Source: Mytilus edulis | Taxonomy: Eukaryota | Direction of reading: 5' to 3' | DNA: 64,000 nucleotides | NCBI RefSeq assembly: GCF_963676685.1 | Contig: NC_092344.1 | Location: 22,134,001 to 22,198,000 of the forward strand | Shown here: one piece after another, positions 23,114-35,998 of the stretch | Numbering within the stretch: the first letter of the stretch is position 1 | Layout: each line of letters starts with the position of its first letter | Program-made: the position numbers and the translations under genes | The notes under the pieces: generated by a model | Told to the model about the DNA's origin: nothing | Database searches by the model: none | The model's input: only the letters and a program-made list of their open reading frames with translations

Positions 23114-23558
23114 AATCAGTTGAAAAAGGAATAACCATCAGATGGATAAAAATACAAATAACCTTTGGTGAAAGTTGTTTCATTGGCAATCATACCATAA
23201 ATACAGACATTGGGCCATTCCAGTTAATTTCTGACAGGTGGGGATGGATGGGGAGAATTTTGTTTATACGTATCAGAAAAAAAAACATCATGAAAAACTA
23301 CCTATCAGATCTTTCGATCTCAACACGGTTGATTTTTTTTATGTATTATGTGTCATATTAGTAAAATTAAAGTTAAACTGAACCATTCTTTCGATGATCT
23401 TCGATCAAATTATGTCGCAAAACTTTGAGACTTCAAAAAAAGGTCAACTTTATAGCAATAAAATATTTAATAAAACTTCGTCGGTATAATAAATGTAGAT
23501 AAACAAAAAAGTCTTTTCTAAATATCGTCGGTAAATCTTTATAAAATCGTAAATCTCT

Positions 23559-26500
23559 CTACAGCATCGATAATTGGTAAAAATGGCCATTCATCGAATG
23601 ATCGGTCCTTGTCGTTCTCACTGATAAAATCGCTGGGTCTATATCGGTTAAATCGCTCGCGTAATTTGGTGGGTAATTGTTCACTTTGTCTTGCGTCGGA
23701 TACCCCACTGGAAGGAAAAGACGCGAAGCCCACGTTGTCTGCATACTATTATCGGAAACTGTATTCCTGTTCAGATCTACATTATTCTGGTTACCAGCAT
23801 TTTGTCTCCTTGTTGCTGCTGCCGTTGCTGCTCTGCTTATCGCTTTACATCGTAGTTCATCGATTTGTGTTCGTGCATCATTCACGACCGACTTCCGTTT
23901 GTCTACTGCTGTGAAAATTCCATCCAAATTTTTCTGTATTTCGTTTATTCTGTTTTCAAAACATGCTTCGGAATCTGTATTAGTTGCTGCATCAACCTGG
24001 TATGATAATGATTAAAAAATAATTTACAGTTTAATCCGTGTTAAAAGCGTCGCATCATCACGAAAGCACAAAAGGCAATATCGAGACAATCATAATAGTT
24101 GCGGAATTTTGTGTATTTTTGTGTGCGTTTTTATGAAATAAGTTATATTGAATCTCGTCAATTTGCTTCATTTCAACGTGTGTGTAGGCCATTTTAACAC
24201 TGTAGTGAGATCTTTGAATATGATTTTATCGGTATCAACATTGATATTGTTTTGATAAATTAAAACATAAATAAAAAGTTATGGTCCTACATTCCTCTGG
24301 ATATGATGTACTTATAGTTTTGCATAACCAGAATGTTTATGACGTCCTAGCATTAAATCCGTTGGATGTGTGCCAATTGATGCTTTAGTCTAGGAGAATA
24401 GGATTTGTGTGTTTATTGGGATTTGTTTTATTTTACTTGTTTTCAGTAACTGCGCGTACTCTTATGTCGGTACTTTGTGTGTTTTGCATGATATTAGTTG
24501 TTTCTTTATCTTGTTTTGTTTTGGTGTTTCATGCCAATCTGATGGTTTAAGCAATTTTAAACTGAATTTTACAGTATGTTCTTACGTTGTGCTGTTACAC
24601 AAATGTCTAAGGGTTTTTTTTTTGGAAGGATAAAGTGCTCACAACCATCTTTAACCCCACCACATCTTTATGTGCCTGACCCCAGTTAGGAGCCTGCAAT
24701 GCAATAGTTGCCGTTGTTTGTGGTTTGTTGTATGTTTTTCGTTTATTTTTTTGTTTTTAATCAGGCCGTTATTTTGCATTTCAAAATATCCCTATCGTAA
24801 TTCGTCTCAAATAGAATGAAATTCAAAACAGTGTAGCTGTGGCCATTGATTGACACATTAAAATCATCCATTGACTGGGACAATTTACGTGAACGTTTGT
24901 CTGTAACGACCACTGTTCACGACGTACCTACGATAGACATTTAAACTGTGGGGTCACCAAAGGTTTCGTAACGCCTTTAATTATAAAATAATTCGAAAAA
25001 TTAATCAGGAATAACCTTTGTGTTTTGATTTATATAATTGATATAAATCAAAATATCGTGTTATTTCTGATTAATTTTTCGAATTACTTTATTTAGGTGT
25101 TGAGAACCTTTGGTGACCCCATAGTTTAAGTGTCTTTAAAAAGTACATACAAACGTTCACTTAAATTGTCCCAGTCAATGGATGATTTTAATGTGTCATT
25201 CAATGGCCACAGCTACACTGTTTTGAATTTCTTTCTAATTATCGTAAGCGATTTTTTTATCGCCCAAAAAAAGGATAGATTTTATCGTCATGCACCAAAA
25301 TTTAACATTAACGTCATTTGGCAATTTTTGTACTGTTATTTGTAATTAAGGTACCCCCATTGCGACCCTCATTCGTGGAGTACTGCGTGTTATTTCTTGT
25401 GTTTAATGGGTAAAGGTGAACAACGAAATAAACGAGTGATTTCATGTATCGATCCCAAAGCCGGATTAATGGTATTCGATTGTTTTATGTAATAGCGAAA
25501 AGGACTGATGATCACTTACCTTGAACGATGTCTTTAACTGCAATATGGTCTCAACAATGGACGACAAGACATAATTCACGTGTACTCCATTCTTCATACG
25601 CTGGATGTCTGAAATCGGCACTTTCAGACGACAATTCGGACAATCTATAGATAGGTCTACTCCACCTTTTGTTGTGTTTACATTGTTCACTTTGTGTTTT
25701 CCTATTTCCTGGATGCATCTGTCAAATTAAGAGAGATAAGTTAGACATGCAATCATCTAGTTCCGTACATGTAAAAAAACGTTGGCATTGTAGATGACCG
25801 TTATCAAGTGAACTTCCGAAAGTGAAAATGATAATAATACGGAGCGTTTTTATTCATTTTAATTTATTTTTTTTTAATTTGGGGAAGGGGGTTTGGGGTT
25901 TGGGGTTGGGGTACCCACCTGGCCTAAAAGAGCTTTTCTCATCACTTGGCGTCCTTCGTCCGTCGTCGTTAACTTTTATAAAAATCTTCTCTGAAATTAC
26001 TGGGCCAAATTAAAAATTTTGGCTTATAACTCTGAAACCAAAGCATTTTGAGCAAATCAGACTGACATGGGGTTAAATTGTTTATCTAGTCAAGATCTAT
26101 CTGCCTGAAATTTTCAGATGAATCGGACAACCAGTTGATGGGTTGCTGCACCCGAATTGGTAATTTTTAAGGAAATTTTGCCGTTTTTGGTTATTATCTT
26201 GAATGTTATTATAGATAGAGATAAACTATAAACAGAGAGTAAAACAAATACATGTTTGGCAAATGATGTTTGAGAGGGACAATTGGATTCCGATTTAAAC
26301 TTTTTATCTTCATAATTGAAATAGTGATATGCAGATATTTTTTTTATTGTACATACGATTCTTTCAACCAAATGTTGTTTTGTCACGGATAATTCAAGTG
26401 TTATCCTTGTTTCATCACGTTGACACAAGTGTTGTTTGGCATGCATACGGTAGATGTTTAGTTGATATCTCGTATGTAAGAATGTGAAGAATTAGAATAG

Positions 26501-27364
26501 CTTAGTTTGTCAATTCATGAATAAGCGTTTCTAGTTTCTTGTTTTATATATATATAGACCGTTGATTTTCCCGTTTAAACGGGTTTACACTAGTCATTTT
26601 GATGGCCCTTTCAAGATAACTGTTCGGTGTGAGCAAAGGCTCTGTTGTAAAGGACCGTACTTTGACCTATTATGGTTTACTTTTACAAACTGTGACTTGG
26701 ATGGAGAGGTGTCTGATTGGCACTCATACCACATCTTCTTATATCTGTTCTTATGATTTTGAGGTATTTGACATTTAACTACAATCAGAGAGAGTTGGAG
26801 TGATTATAGTTTTCTGATCACATTCTAAATCAAAAATGTTCCTGTACATATGTACTTTTGAATAACCTATATGTTCTCAATGTGTTTGCTTGCTATGATT
26901 TACGAGATCATCAAGCATATTGGTTTTGCATATTTTATTGTACTTCAACTTAAGGTTATTTAAAAGAAAAGGTTTAGATTATGGTTAAAATGTGATGTTA
27001 AAATCTAAATATTTTGACACACTATCAATACATCCAAACCAACACTTTTTATTCTAAAGTAAAAGGGGAATAATATGCAGTTTTGTAATAGTACGGAAAT
27101 GACAGAAAGAGGTACTTTTTTTGTCAAACGTTTAAAGAATGAAAATAAAGATTGAATTAGGTATTTACAAATATTACACTTTTTGAAAAACACTTATTCA
27201 AAGTAATTTTCGAGTATTGTAACTTACTTGAGACAGAATGTATGACCGCAAGGCAAAACTGTCGGTAGGTTGTAATATTCCCAACATATTCCACATTTCA
27301 GCAAATTTACTATATCTTGATTCAGAGTAACCGGGGCTACGTTCGGACGGAGTGAGGGATCCAT
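23559..27364 (-). CDS. RING-HC (C3HC4) E3 ubiquitin ligase with coiled-coil and low-complexity tail, ~257 aa; paralogue of 3916-6167
   Basis: Exons 27364-27228 (MDPSLRPNVAPVTLNQDIVNLLKCGICWEYYNLPTVLPCGHTFCL), 25718-25520 (KCIQEIG...CPNCRLK...VHVNYVLSSIVETILQLKTSFK) and 23996-23559 (VDAATNTDSEACFENRINEIQKNLDGIF...QLSML*). GT-AG, phases 2 and 0, in frame. Confidence 0.87.
24812..25237. mobile_element. Palindromic TA-flanked MITE, family A (copy 1, in RING gene 2 intron 2)
   Basis: tagaatgaaattcaaaacagtg...cactgttttgaatttctttcta; near-complete hairpin; homologous to 35552-35998 and 37893-38338 in the opposite orientation. Confidence 0.9.
25912..26240 (-). mobile_element. Truncated HINE-like family B copy
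   Basis: cacctggcctaaaagagcttttctcatcacttggcgtcc...; matches the reverse complement of 22064-23113. Confidence 0.65.
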
Positions 27365-27863
27365 TTCCGCAATCGAAACAACGCGACTGAAAAAAAAAAT
27401 GCCGTCCGAACAAAACGTCCTTTGTTATGAGTTGGCAACTATCAGCGTCATAGGAGCTCTAAGCGACGCAACAAACCCGGATGTTAGGCAAGATACACGA
27501 GCAAGCTTACGTTTCTAAAAACAATGATGGTGAAAACCATTCAAATACTTTAACTATATATAAAATCAAAATTGAGAATGGAGATGGGGAATGTGTCAAA
27601 GAGACAAAAACCAGACAAAACCCCATGTAACTGTTATATGTGCCACATGTGGAACAGGATCTGCTTTCCCTTTCGGTCAAGTTTTTTTGTAGGATTCTTG
27701 TATCTAAGTCTTTGGTTTTTCTATGTTGTGTCTTGTGTACTGATATTTGTCTATTCATCTTTTTTCCCTTTTTTCCCTTTTTTGCCATTTTCGTTGTCAG
27801 TTATTTTCGATCTACGAGTTTGATTGTCCCTCTGCTATATTTCACCCATCTTTTATAACTATA

Positions 27864-28989
27864 CTAGTCAACAAAAGAAACGATACACGACTTTTTTCAA
27901 ATTAAAGATGAAGTTTTCCGTTTATAGGACCAATATTGAAGGTAGTAATACTTAATGACCATAGAAATATAAATCCGTTTAATAATTTTTTTTTGTTGCT
28001 TTCATGACGTCATTTGGCGAAATTTAACTTTTTTGACAAAATTTACATAAAACGACATTTTTAAAAACATAACTTCCAACTAATGCTGCCAACCTCTCAT
28101 TTAAAGGTAAAGACAATGTTTGCCATCAATTCTTTTTAAAAAATCATACAGTTTGTTCGTTTATTTGTTTTTGACAATAGACAATACTTTATTAATAAAC
28201 CTCAGACACATAGGTGTACACGTATACACATGTTTATACTCAATACATTCAAACTAAACATAATAATGCTACATACATGGTAAAATATAGCAAAATGTCA
28301 ATTTACAAACTACCATAACATTCAACTCAAAACAGACTAACATAAATCACAAGTATCGTATAAGAATTTTTAAAAATATTGCTAAGTTTTTGTAAAGTTC
28401 TACATGACATTTGTAAAGCGAAGTTCAGCCCCACAAAAAAATCGTTAAAACATTATCAATTGATTTACCTGTAGACATGCAGTAGGTGTAAACTTAAAGT
28501 GAATTTAAAAAAAAACGGTAAAAATCTTAAAACTAATCCGAAAGGTTCCAAATTTACAGTGTGTTGTTTCCATATCTTAAGCATTGATTTGAGACGAAGA
28601 TTTTTTTTTGTGCATTTTTTGAGATTTAAAAAAAACACTTTTTTTTACCAAAAATTAACAATATTTCAACCCATTAGTTACATCATGAACTTATCTTGAT
28701 TAGCATATTGGATGATTTTAAACAAATTTGAAAATTCATTTAGTACTGAAAAAATTGTGTGTCGATTTTTTATCCAACTTTCCGAAAAAATAATTTGCAC
28801 CCTATGATCGTTTACACAGAATTTAGTTACTTTTCGACAGGTTTTGATTTTCATTATCATATGTGCCGGCCATACATTGCAAATGAAAGCTTTATAAAAA
28901 AAAAAGTGTATCTAATTTTGTTTTATATTTTAAAATACTTTTTGATAAATTTTATTTCAAAGTCGTGTATCGTTTCTTTTGTTGACTAG
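27864..28989. mobile_element. Non-autonomous TA-flanked DNA transposon (Tc1/mariner-type), 1.1 kb
   Basis: Perfect ~31 bp TIR ctagtcaacaaaagaaacgatacacgacttt / aaagtcgtgtatcgtttcttttgttgactag with TA on both sides; no ORF. Confidence 0.85.
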
Positions 28990-29557
28990 TATATGTGCAG
29001 ATAAGTAGAAAGAATTGGAAAACAAAAAGATACGGGTCTGCAATTAATGATTTAAGGATACTATACATAGAAGAAATAAAAAGAAAGGAGCTTTTCTATT
29101 AACTTCAAGTCTTGCTCCTCGTCGCGATATAAATAGTCGTGATTTAAAGCATTCATCAATCAATCAATCAAGCAATCAAGCAATCAAGCAATCGATGCCG
29201 TATAGAACCCTTTTTAAGGATTAAATTTACCTCAGAATTATCGGAAATATCAGTGTAATGCAATATCTGACAGAACATAAATTGAATTCTAGTTGATCTG
29301 TAGTTATGTTTGAAATGGATCTAAGATAACTTTACCTTTATAAAAGACTAATACTTTTGTTTTATTAGAATAGTGAATACGTATACCAGGAAAGGTTAAA
29401 AATTCGGATCAAAATTTCTGAAATATGAATGGGTTCGCAATCAGGTTAATTTATCATATAAATGTGTGTCATGCGTCAGTGTTACGATAAGGTGCAGATA
29501 TAGTATACCTGACTTTCTTTCTCGCGCTACTACAGAAATTTAACTTCGGCTAACACG

Positions 29558-32500
29558 ATGTGTGATACTTTTAAAGCGGAATTTAAGCTTAAACATTTCG
29601 GATTTCCATGCTCAAAGCCCGAGGCTTTATATACATGTCAGGTATGTGCTGATTTTTCTCTTAAACTGTTTCTTCCTATATTGTGTGGTATTATTCACCC
29701 ACGTAGTAGATATAATTGTCGTATGAATTTCGTCATTTTGTCATTTAATATATTTGTGCGGTTTGAAAGATGAAATGGGAAAAAAATATTTTTTTAAGAA
29801 AAAAAAAGTATTAGTTCGTTTTAGGATTATATGTTGTTTGTTTTTCAAAGTAGATTTTTTGGTCTTTTGCTTTTTTTTCTTCCTTTTCGCCTTTAATATT
29901 ATTCATATATTTTTTTTATAAAATGGTAGCCAAGTTCTGTAATCACTTGTTTTAAACTGCTCCAAGAAACTCCCACAGTTAATATGACACTGGCAGTGAA
30001 TGTTAATTTAGTATTTTTGTTTGTTTGTGGTTGCAGCTATTTTGTTTTGTTTTGTTTTGTTTTGCTGTTTTATTGACGTAGTCGGGATCAAATCATGGTT
30101 ATCCATATTTAAATCATATATTTCATTTGTGTGTTTAATTTTAAATTTGTATTTTCGAGTATTAGGTTTTTTTTTTCAAACTGAATTTAATCGATTCTGA
30201 TAGTAATAACCAATATCTTCCGAAAATATATTGCGTAATACTACACGATAAGGTATTTGCTCATATGCTGACCTTTATTTAATTGTTCATTTCTTTTTCT
30301 TTTGGTCTTGGGTAATATGTGTTTGACTGGTAATCTTACTATATATCCTTATTTTTACATTCCTGCAGAGGCTGATATAAAACTGTTCACTTCCATATCT
30401 ATAATAGTTTATTCTACTACTGAATCTTATTCTTAACATTTTGGAAACCACATACTTGTGAAACACTTTCTTATCCGGAAAAGATACTGATGTGGATGTG
30501 TGAGTACACAAATATTATAATGAGAATTTCTATTTTCATCAAAACGGAAGCAGTGCTGAAAGTGGTGTAAAACATCAATCAATCAATAGATAAAACAAAT
30601 CGGAAAACAAATCGAAAACATTTTCTCTAACTGGCTTTCTCTTTTAGTTGAGTATTTGTTTATCAACCGAAATTTTCCACATGTCCTTAAAAGAACGCGC
30701 AGCTTTTATAGCTTTAAATAGCCTATTTGTAAGGATTGTCCGTTCAAGAATGTCATTCATTAATCGTATAGAACACACCCTTTCTTTCTCAATAAGAAGA
30801 GTGTTAAAAAGCAAACCTGGTTCCTCGGTAAACTCTTTTTCTTAACTTAAGGTTAGTCTTGAAAAATGTTTTATCAATTTTTTTAACTAAGCAAAATATG
30901 GCAAATCTTCGTAAGTATTAACGAAAGAAAAAACACAGAAAAAAGTGGCGTGAAAAGATTGGGTATGGGCACTGAAAGTTTTTTTTGTTTTTGTTGTTGT
31001 TGTTTGGGGGTAAACTAAATGCAAATATTTTATCAACTCCTTTAACGAGTCGTTCAAAGGAAAGTTGCTTTTGATGGCTCATGATAAACATTGACGGTTT
31101 AACCTCTTCCGGAGTACCCGAGTTCAACCTCTTCCGGAGTACCCGAGTTCAACCTCGATGTTCAATGGGCTCTGTGGTCAGTGCTGTGTTGTTCTGGGTT
31201 ACACTTTTTAACAGCTACTTTTTTTTCACATGACCATTCTCTTGCAAGATTTGCTCTTCTGTGGTTATTTTACAGTTTTTGAACATGGTTTTATATGTTA
31301 GAATTACAATTTATATTTTGGTAAGGCCATATTAATCGTGTTGCTATTTTGGGTTTAATATTCCGGACAATTTATATTTAGAGGCTTATGGAAAATTTGG
31401 TGGATGAGGTATAGGTACTTGTGTCAATAAACGACACAGATTTTTGTTTTAGTATCTCTTAAAGAAGAAATTTGTCTGGCACTGCAAAAAGTGCAAATAT
31501 TGTGTTGTGTATATACTCAAACAGTACAATGTATTCTTTGAAAAAATGAAATCGACTTGTTACATAATAATGTCGAATGTTCTGGTTAGAATACGAGACA
31601 GACAATGCTTGAAATATGTCAGTCATACATATTACACTTTGAAAAACAAAGAGGTAAATGGTTTTTTAAAGTATTATTTACAGTTGTAACCATAAAACAT
31701 GTTTTATGATAATAAATCAAAAGCTATACATTAATTTTGTTACAATACAAAAGCTGGAAATTTATTTAGTTTTTTTTATGTTGTTATCATTAGGGCAATA
31801 TATCATTACTTTATAGATGTAACCTGCCTCTATACTTTAGCATTGTCTCACCTCGAATGAACTGCACTGATTATTTTAAGAGATATGCACTAGTGTGCTA
31901 ATTTTCTTTGCATGTTGTAATTAACTTGCAAATTGTTTGAAAAGGTTTAATTGCCTTTAACATTTAAAAGGAATGCAATATGCAAATAAAAACTTTCTTT
32001 TTGTTTAAAAACATACATGTACATGTATATCGTATCTCCTTAGCCAAACAACATTATTTCAAACTACGTAATATAGATTCTCTTTTTTAAAGTCTTTGAA
32101 GAATGCTTGACAAAGTATGATGAATTTGCCTGTTTGTGTTGATTTGTTAAACTGTTAAAGTATGAGTGTTTGCATAAGAATCTGTTATATCGGTTTTATA
32201 TTTGCACATCCGTAAAACATTGCAACGGTTGAGAATAACAATATTTGAAGTGAGTTAGTCCCATTTTTCAACAGGAGAACACCAGTACACATAATGGCAA
32301 AATTTCCGGTATAACGACATACGAAAGTACTTGGCTTTTTTAGAAAAAAAATTGATGGGTCCTTTTGATTTAAATATGCTCGTTACTTTTAAAATTGACC
32401 ATTTCTAAGAACCGAATACCCGTTATAAGCATCTTTTCTGCATAAAAATGGATTCGTTCCTCAAGTTCTTGGCTTTCTTACCTCAGTCATACATGACTTA

Positions 32501-33634
32501 AATGAAATATGCTAATCTCAGCTACTACTAAAATGTCATTAGTGTCTTCTGAAATTGACCTTTTTGGAAAAATAGAACAATTATCATACCTTTGGGGTTT
32601 TTTTTGTAGTTCAAAAGCTCAACTGTATTCTAAAAAGAAATTATAATAAAAATTTGGAAGTCAGAGTTTATGAAAATGTTGCATTTGGCTATCCGTTTTT
32701 TGTTAATCAATCGTTCACACAAACAATGCTATTAAACATAGCACGCCCCCAAAAAAAGGATATGATCCGATGCAAAATTTCATCACGATGCCATATGTAT
32801 AAATGCTTGAAAGGAACAATAAAAGTACAGATTAGTTTATTTCTTAGTACTAATTGTTAATGTTTTATATTGTAGTGGAAATGGCATCGAGCTATATACT
32901 GGACGATTCGGCTTATAATGGCAGCATATGCTCTTGGAGCTATAATGACAGTTTATGTGATGTCCGTTGGAGAAAAACATTTAGTGCTTGTGTATTTAAC
33001 CATTTGGACATTCACATTGCTTACAATACATCTATGGATAGCAACTGTCATAACAATATTCTACCGACCAACTATGAATAAATCTGGTGACAAAATGCAG
33101 GGTGTTACAAATCCAGATTTTCTACCTTCAAGTGTCGAAAGTACCCTTTCACAAACAGCAGACTTGAACAGAAGCAACATAGGAGAAGATCAAAGATGTA
33201 TTCCTTGGTTCCTAAAACTGTCTTGGTTGCTTGGTGACGTCGTTTTGTCGTTTGAAATTGTGGTTTCGATAATTTACTTTGTATTTTTATTTCCGGATAA
33301 GGAAAACAGGGGTGCATTAATCAATGATATGAATATGCATGCCATGAATACAGTGTTTGTTTTGATTGATTTTTGTATAAGTGCAAGACCTGTTTATTTG
33401 CTGCATGTTATTTACCCAATTATATATGGAACTATCTATGCTATATTTAGTGTCATTTACTGGACACAAGACCACGTGAACAACGTGTTATATTCTGTTC
33501 TAGACTGGAATAGTCCAGGTAATGCTGTTGGTCTGGTAGTGATTTTAGCTGTTGTCATTCTACCTTTATTTCAACTTATATTTTTTGGAATGCATCGATT
33601 GAAGTTAAGGATCTACTGTCATTTATATGTTTAA
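29558..33634 (+). CDS. Protein rolling stone-like multipass membrane protein, ~280 aa
   Basis: Exon 29558-29641 (MCDTFKAEFKLKHFGFPCSKPEALYTCQ) is spliced in phase 0 to 32876-33634 (WKWHRAIYWTIRLIM...YLTIWT...HAMNTVFVLIDF...PVYLLHVIYPIIYG.IY..FS.IYW...LYSVLDWNSPG). These motifs are typical of the rolling stone/FAR-17a-like family. Confidence 0.88.
31101..31156. repeat. Short tandem duplication aacctcttccggagtacccgagttc x2
   Basis: Direct repeat visible in the intron. Confidence 0.75.
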
Positions 33635-33699
33635 AACATATACAAGTCTCCAAATGTCTGCATGGATTATCTAACGTATATAGTTGATATACGAGTATG

Positions 33700-33930
33700 C
33701 TACACCCTTAGTTGTTCTGTCGATTCTTTTTGAAGATGTGCCCAATTCTGTCGATTCTTTTCGAAGATATAACCAGTCCATGTCGGTTTTGTACGAATGT
33801 GTGCTCTGTACCTATTATTTCTTTTCTTCGGAGATGTGCCCTGTCCCTGTCGTTTTAACAATATGTACGTAGTTCCTGAAGGTTCGTTTTGAAGATACGC
33901 CCAGTCCCAGTCGTTTATTTTCCAACATGT
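33700..33930. repeat. Degenerate minisatellite downstream of the rolling stone-like stop codon
   Basis: Repeating gaagatgtgccc...tgtcgattcttttc-like units. Confidence 0.55.
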
Positions 33931-35551
33931 GCCTAGTTTCCCATTTCTGTGGCTTAATTTTAAAGGCTAGGAAACTTGTTTGAATTCGACATTTGCCACC
34001 ACCATTTGTTAGTTTATAATATTGTCATGATTCGATGACATGAAGCTTGTTCCTATAGTTTAATATTATTATACACTTTTGTCATCCCGGTGCCATGTAT
34101 AGCGTATTGTATAGTTTCGGTTTTGCTCATTGTTGCAGCTCATACGATAACATGGAGTTGTTCACATACTTGTTTTGTTGTCCTTCGAGGGATGCTGATT
34201 GCCAATAAGCCTGTCAACTATTATCTTAGGACAACAGGGCAAGGATAAGACCAATTACAGTTCTCCGGTTTTTAAAAAAAATATATATGTATAAATTGAT
34301 AATATGCAAAAGCAAAATAAAGCAGAAGCTATTTAAGTATCATCTGATATATCGAACTACTTTAAGGTATATAAATATGACATGTAGTTGTGTTTGTGCT
34401 CCGTAACAGCTTATTGAGTTTCACCATTTGTAACTGTTTTAACAGTTTGTTCGTGTGTTGTGTTGTTGTGTCGTTGCCCAAGGTTTGGGGAGGGTCAAGC
34501 GCTCACAGACATTTTTAACTCCGTCGTGCATGTCTCTCCCAAGTCGTGAGCCTTTGGTTCAGTAGTTGTCTTTGGTTCATGTCGGTCATTTTATATTTCG
34601 TAAAGTGTATTGTTACAAATTTTGTTGTTAGTTTTCTCGTTTTCATGTCGGGGTCTTGCATAGCTGACTAAACGGCATGCATGTATTTCTCATATGTTTT
34701 GGTTCGGTGTACATGCAGCATATAGAATGTAAAGCTGTTCCGAGATGGAGACTGATGGAACATAGACTTATTATTAACGTTCTAAATAGGGCAATAAGAA
34801 TTAATATACAAAATATCCGTTGTCTCATTTTGATAAGCAGGGAATTCCCCAATGGTCAATAGCGTACATCCTGAAACTTTAATTTGGACAATTATTACGC
34901 AATATGTCCATAAAAAATCTTTATTCAGCCAGGAAAAAGAAGTTAAAAGTAAGATACGAATATTTGTTGAACAGCCGAAAGTGAATAGTAACAAGACTTT
35001 ATAGACAATGGAATAAGGACTTTCATCCTCAACAATATGTTGGGAACTCTGTATGCTATGCAACATACGTAGAACATTGTATAAATTTAGATAAAGATGT
35101 CGATATATGAAACCACCTATGCTGCCCGCTAAATCGACCATTGTCTATTTTGTCATATTTAAGCATTTGGAGATGAGATACACTTTTTGGTTAATTGTGA
35201 CATAACAGACCTATTGTAATTGATAAAACTTGTTCTACAAATTCATTTATACACGTGTAGATTTTGAACAATGTAAATGATTGCATACAGTACGAGGCAT
35301 CTAATTTGCGTATAATATGATGGCAAAATGGCGCTCTTTATTATTTACTGAAAAATGTGTGTGCGTAGATCAAAATCAGCAATTTCATGTTTTGCATTAT
35401 TGTAGATACTATTTAAGTAAACCAGATCATCATATTGGTTGTAAATTCACAAAATGTGTGAATAACCCTTTTTGTTATTCATTAATCGTATTTTTATTTA
35501 CTCCATACTCAGTTTTGTTGCTTTAAACAAATTCTTAATTTTTATATAATA

Positions 35552-35998
35552 TAGAATGAAATTCAAAACAGTGTGGCTGTGTCCATTGATTGACACATTA
35601 AATTCATCCATTGACTGGGACAATTTAGGTGAACGTTTGTATGTAACGACCACTGCTCACTATGTACTTTTTAAAAACACTTAAACTATGGGGTCACCAA
35701 AGGTTCTCAACACCTTAATAAAGTAATTCGAAAACTTAATCAGAAATAACACGATGTTTTGATTTATATCAATTATATAAATCAAAACATAAAGGTTATT
35801 CCTGATTAATTTTTCGAATTATTTTATAATTAAAGGCGTTAAGAAACCTTTGGTGACCCCACAGTTTAAATGTCTATCGTAGGTACGTCGTGAACAGTGG
35901 TCGTTACAGACAAACGTTCACGTAAATTGTCCCAGTCAATGGATGAATTTAATGTGTCAATCAATGGCCACAGCCACACTGTTTTGAATTTCATTCTA
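35552..35998. mobile_element. Palindromic TA-flanked MITE, family A (copy 2, 447 bp)
   Basis: tagaatgaaattcaaaacagtgtggctgtg...cacagccacactgttttgaatttcattcta; hairpin over its whole length. Confidence 0.92.

Noticed and set aside
27198-27413. 71-aa ORF in the track
   Set aside because: Wrong frame; the real coding frame is RING exon 1 (27364-27228). The same applies to 5923-6114.
34677-35141. 119-aa minus-strand ORF and overlapping plus-strand ORFs
   Set aside because: No recognisable motif or splice partner; possibly a decayed coding or TE relic, but unsupported.
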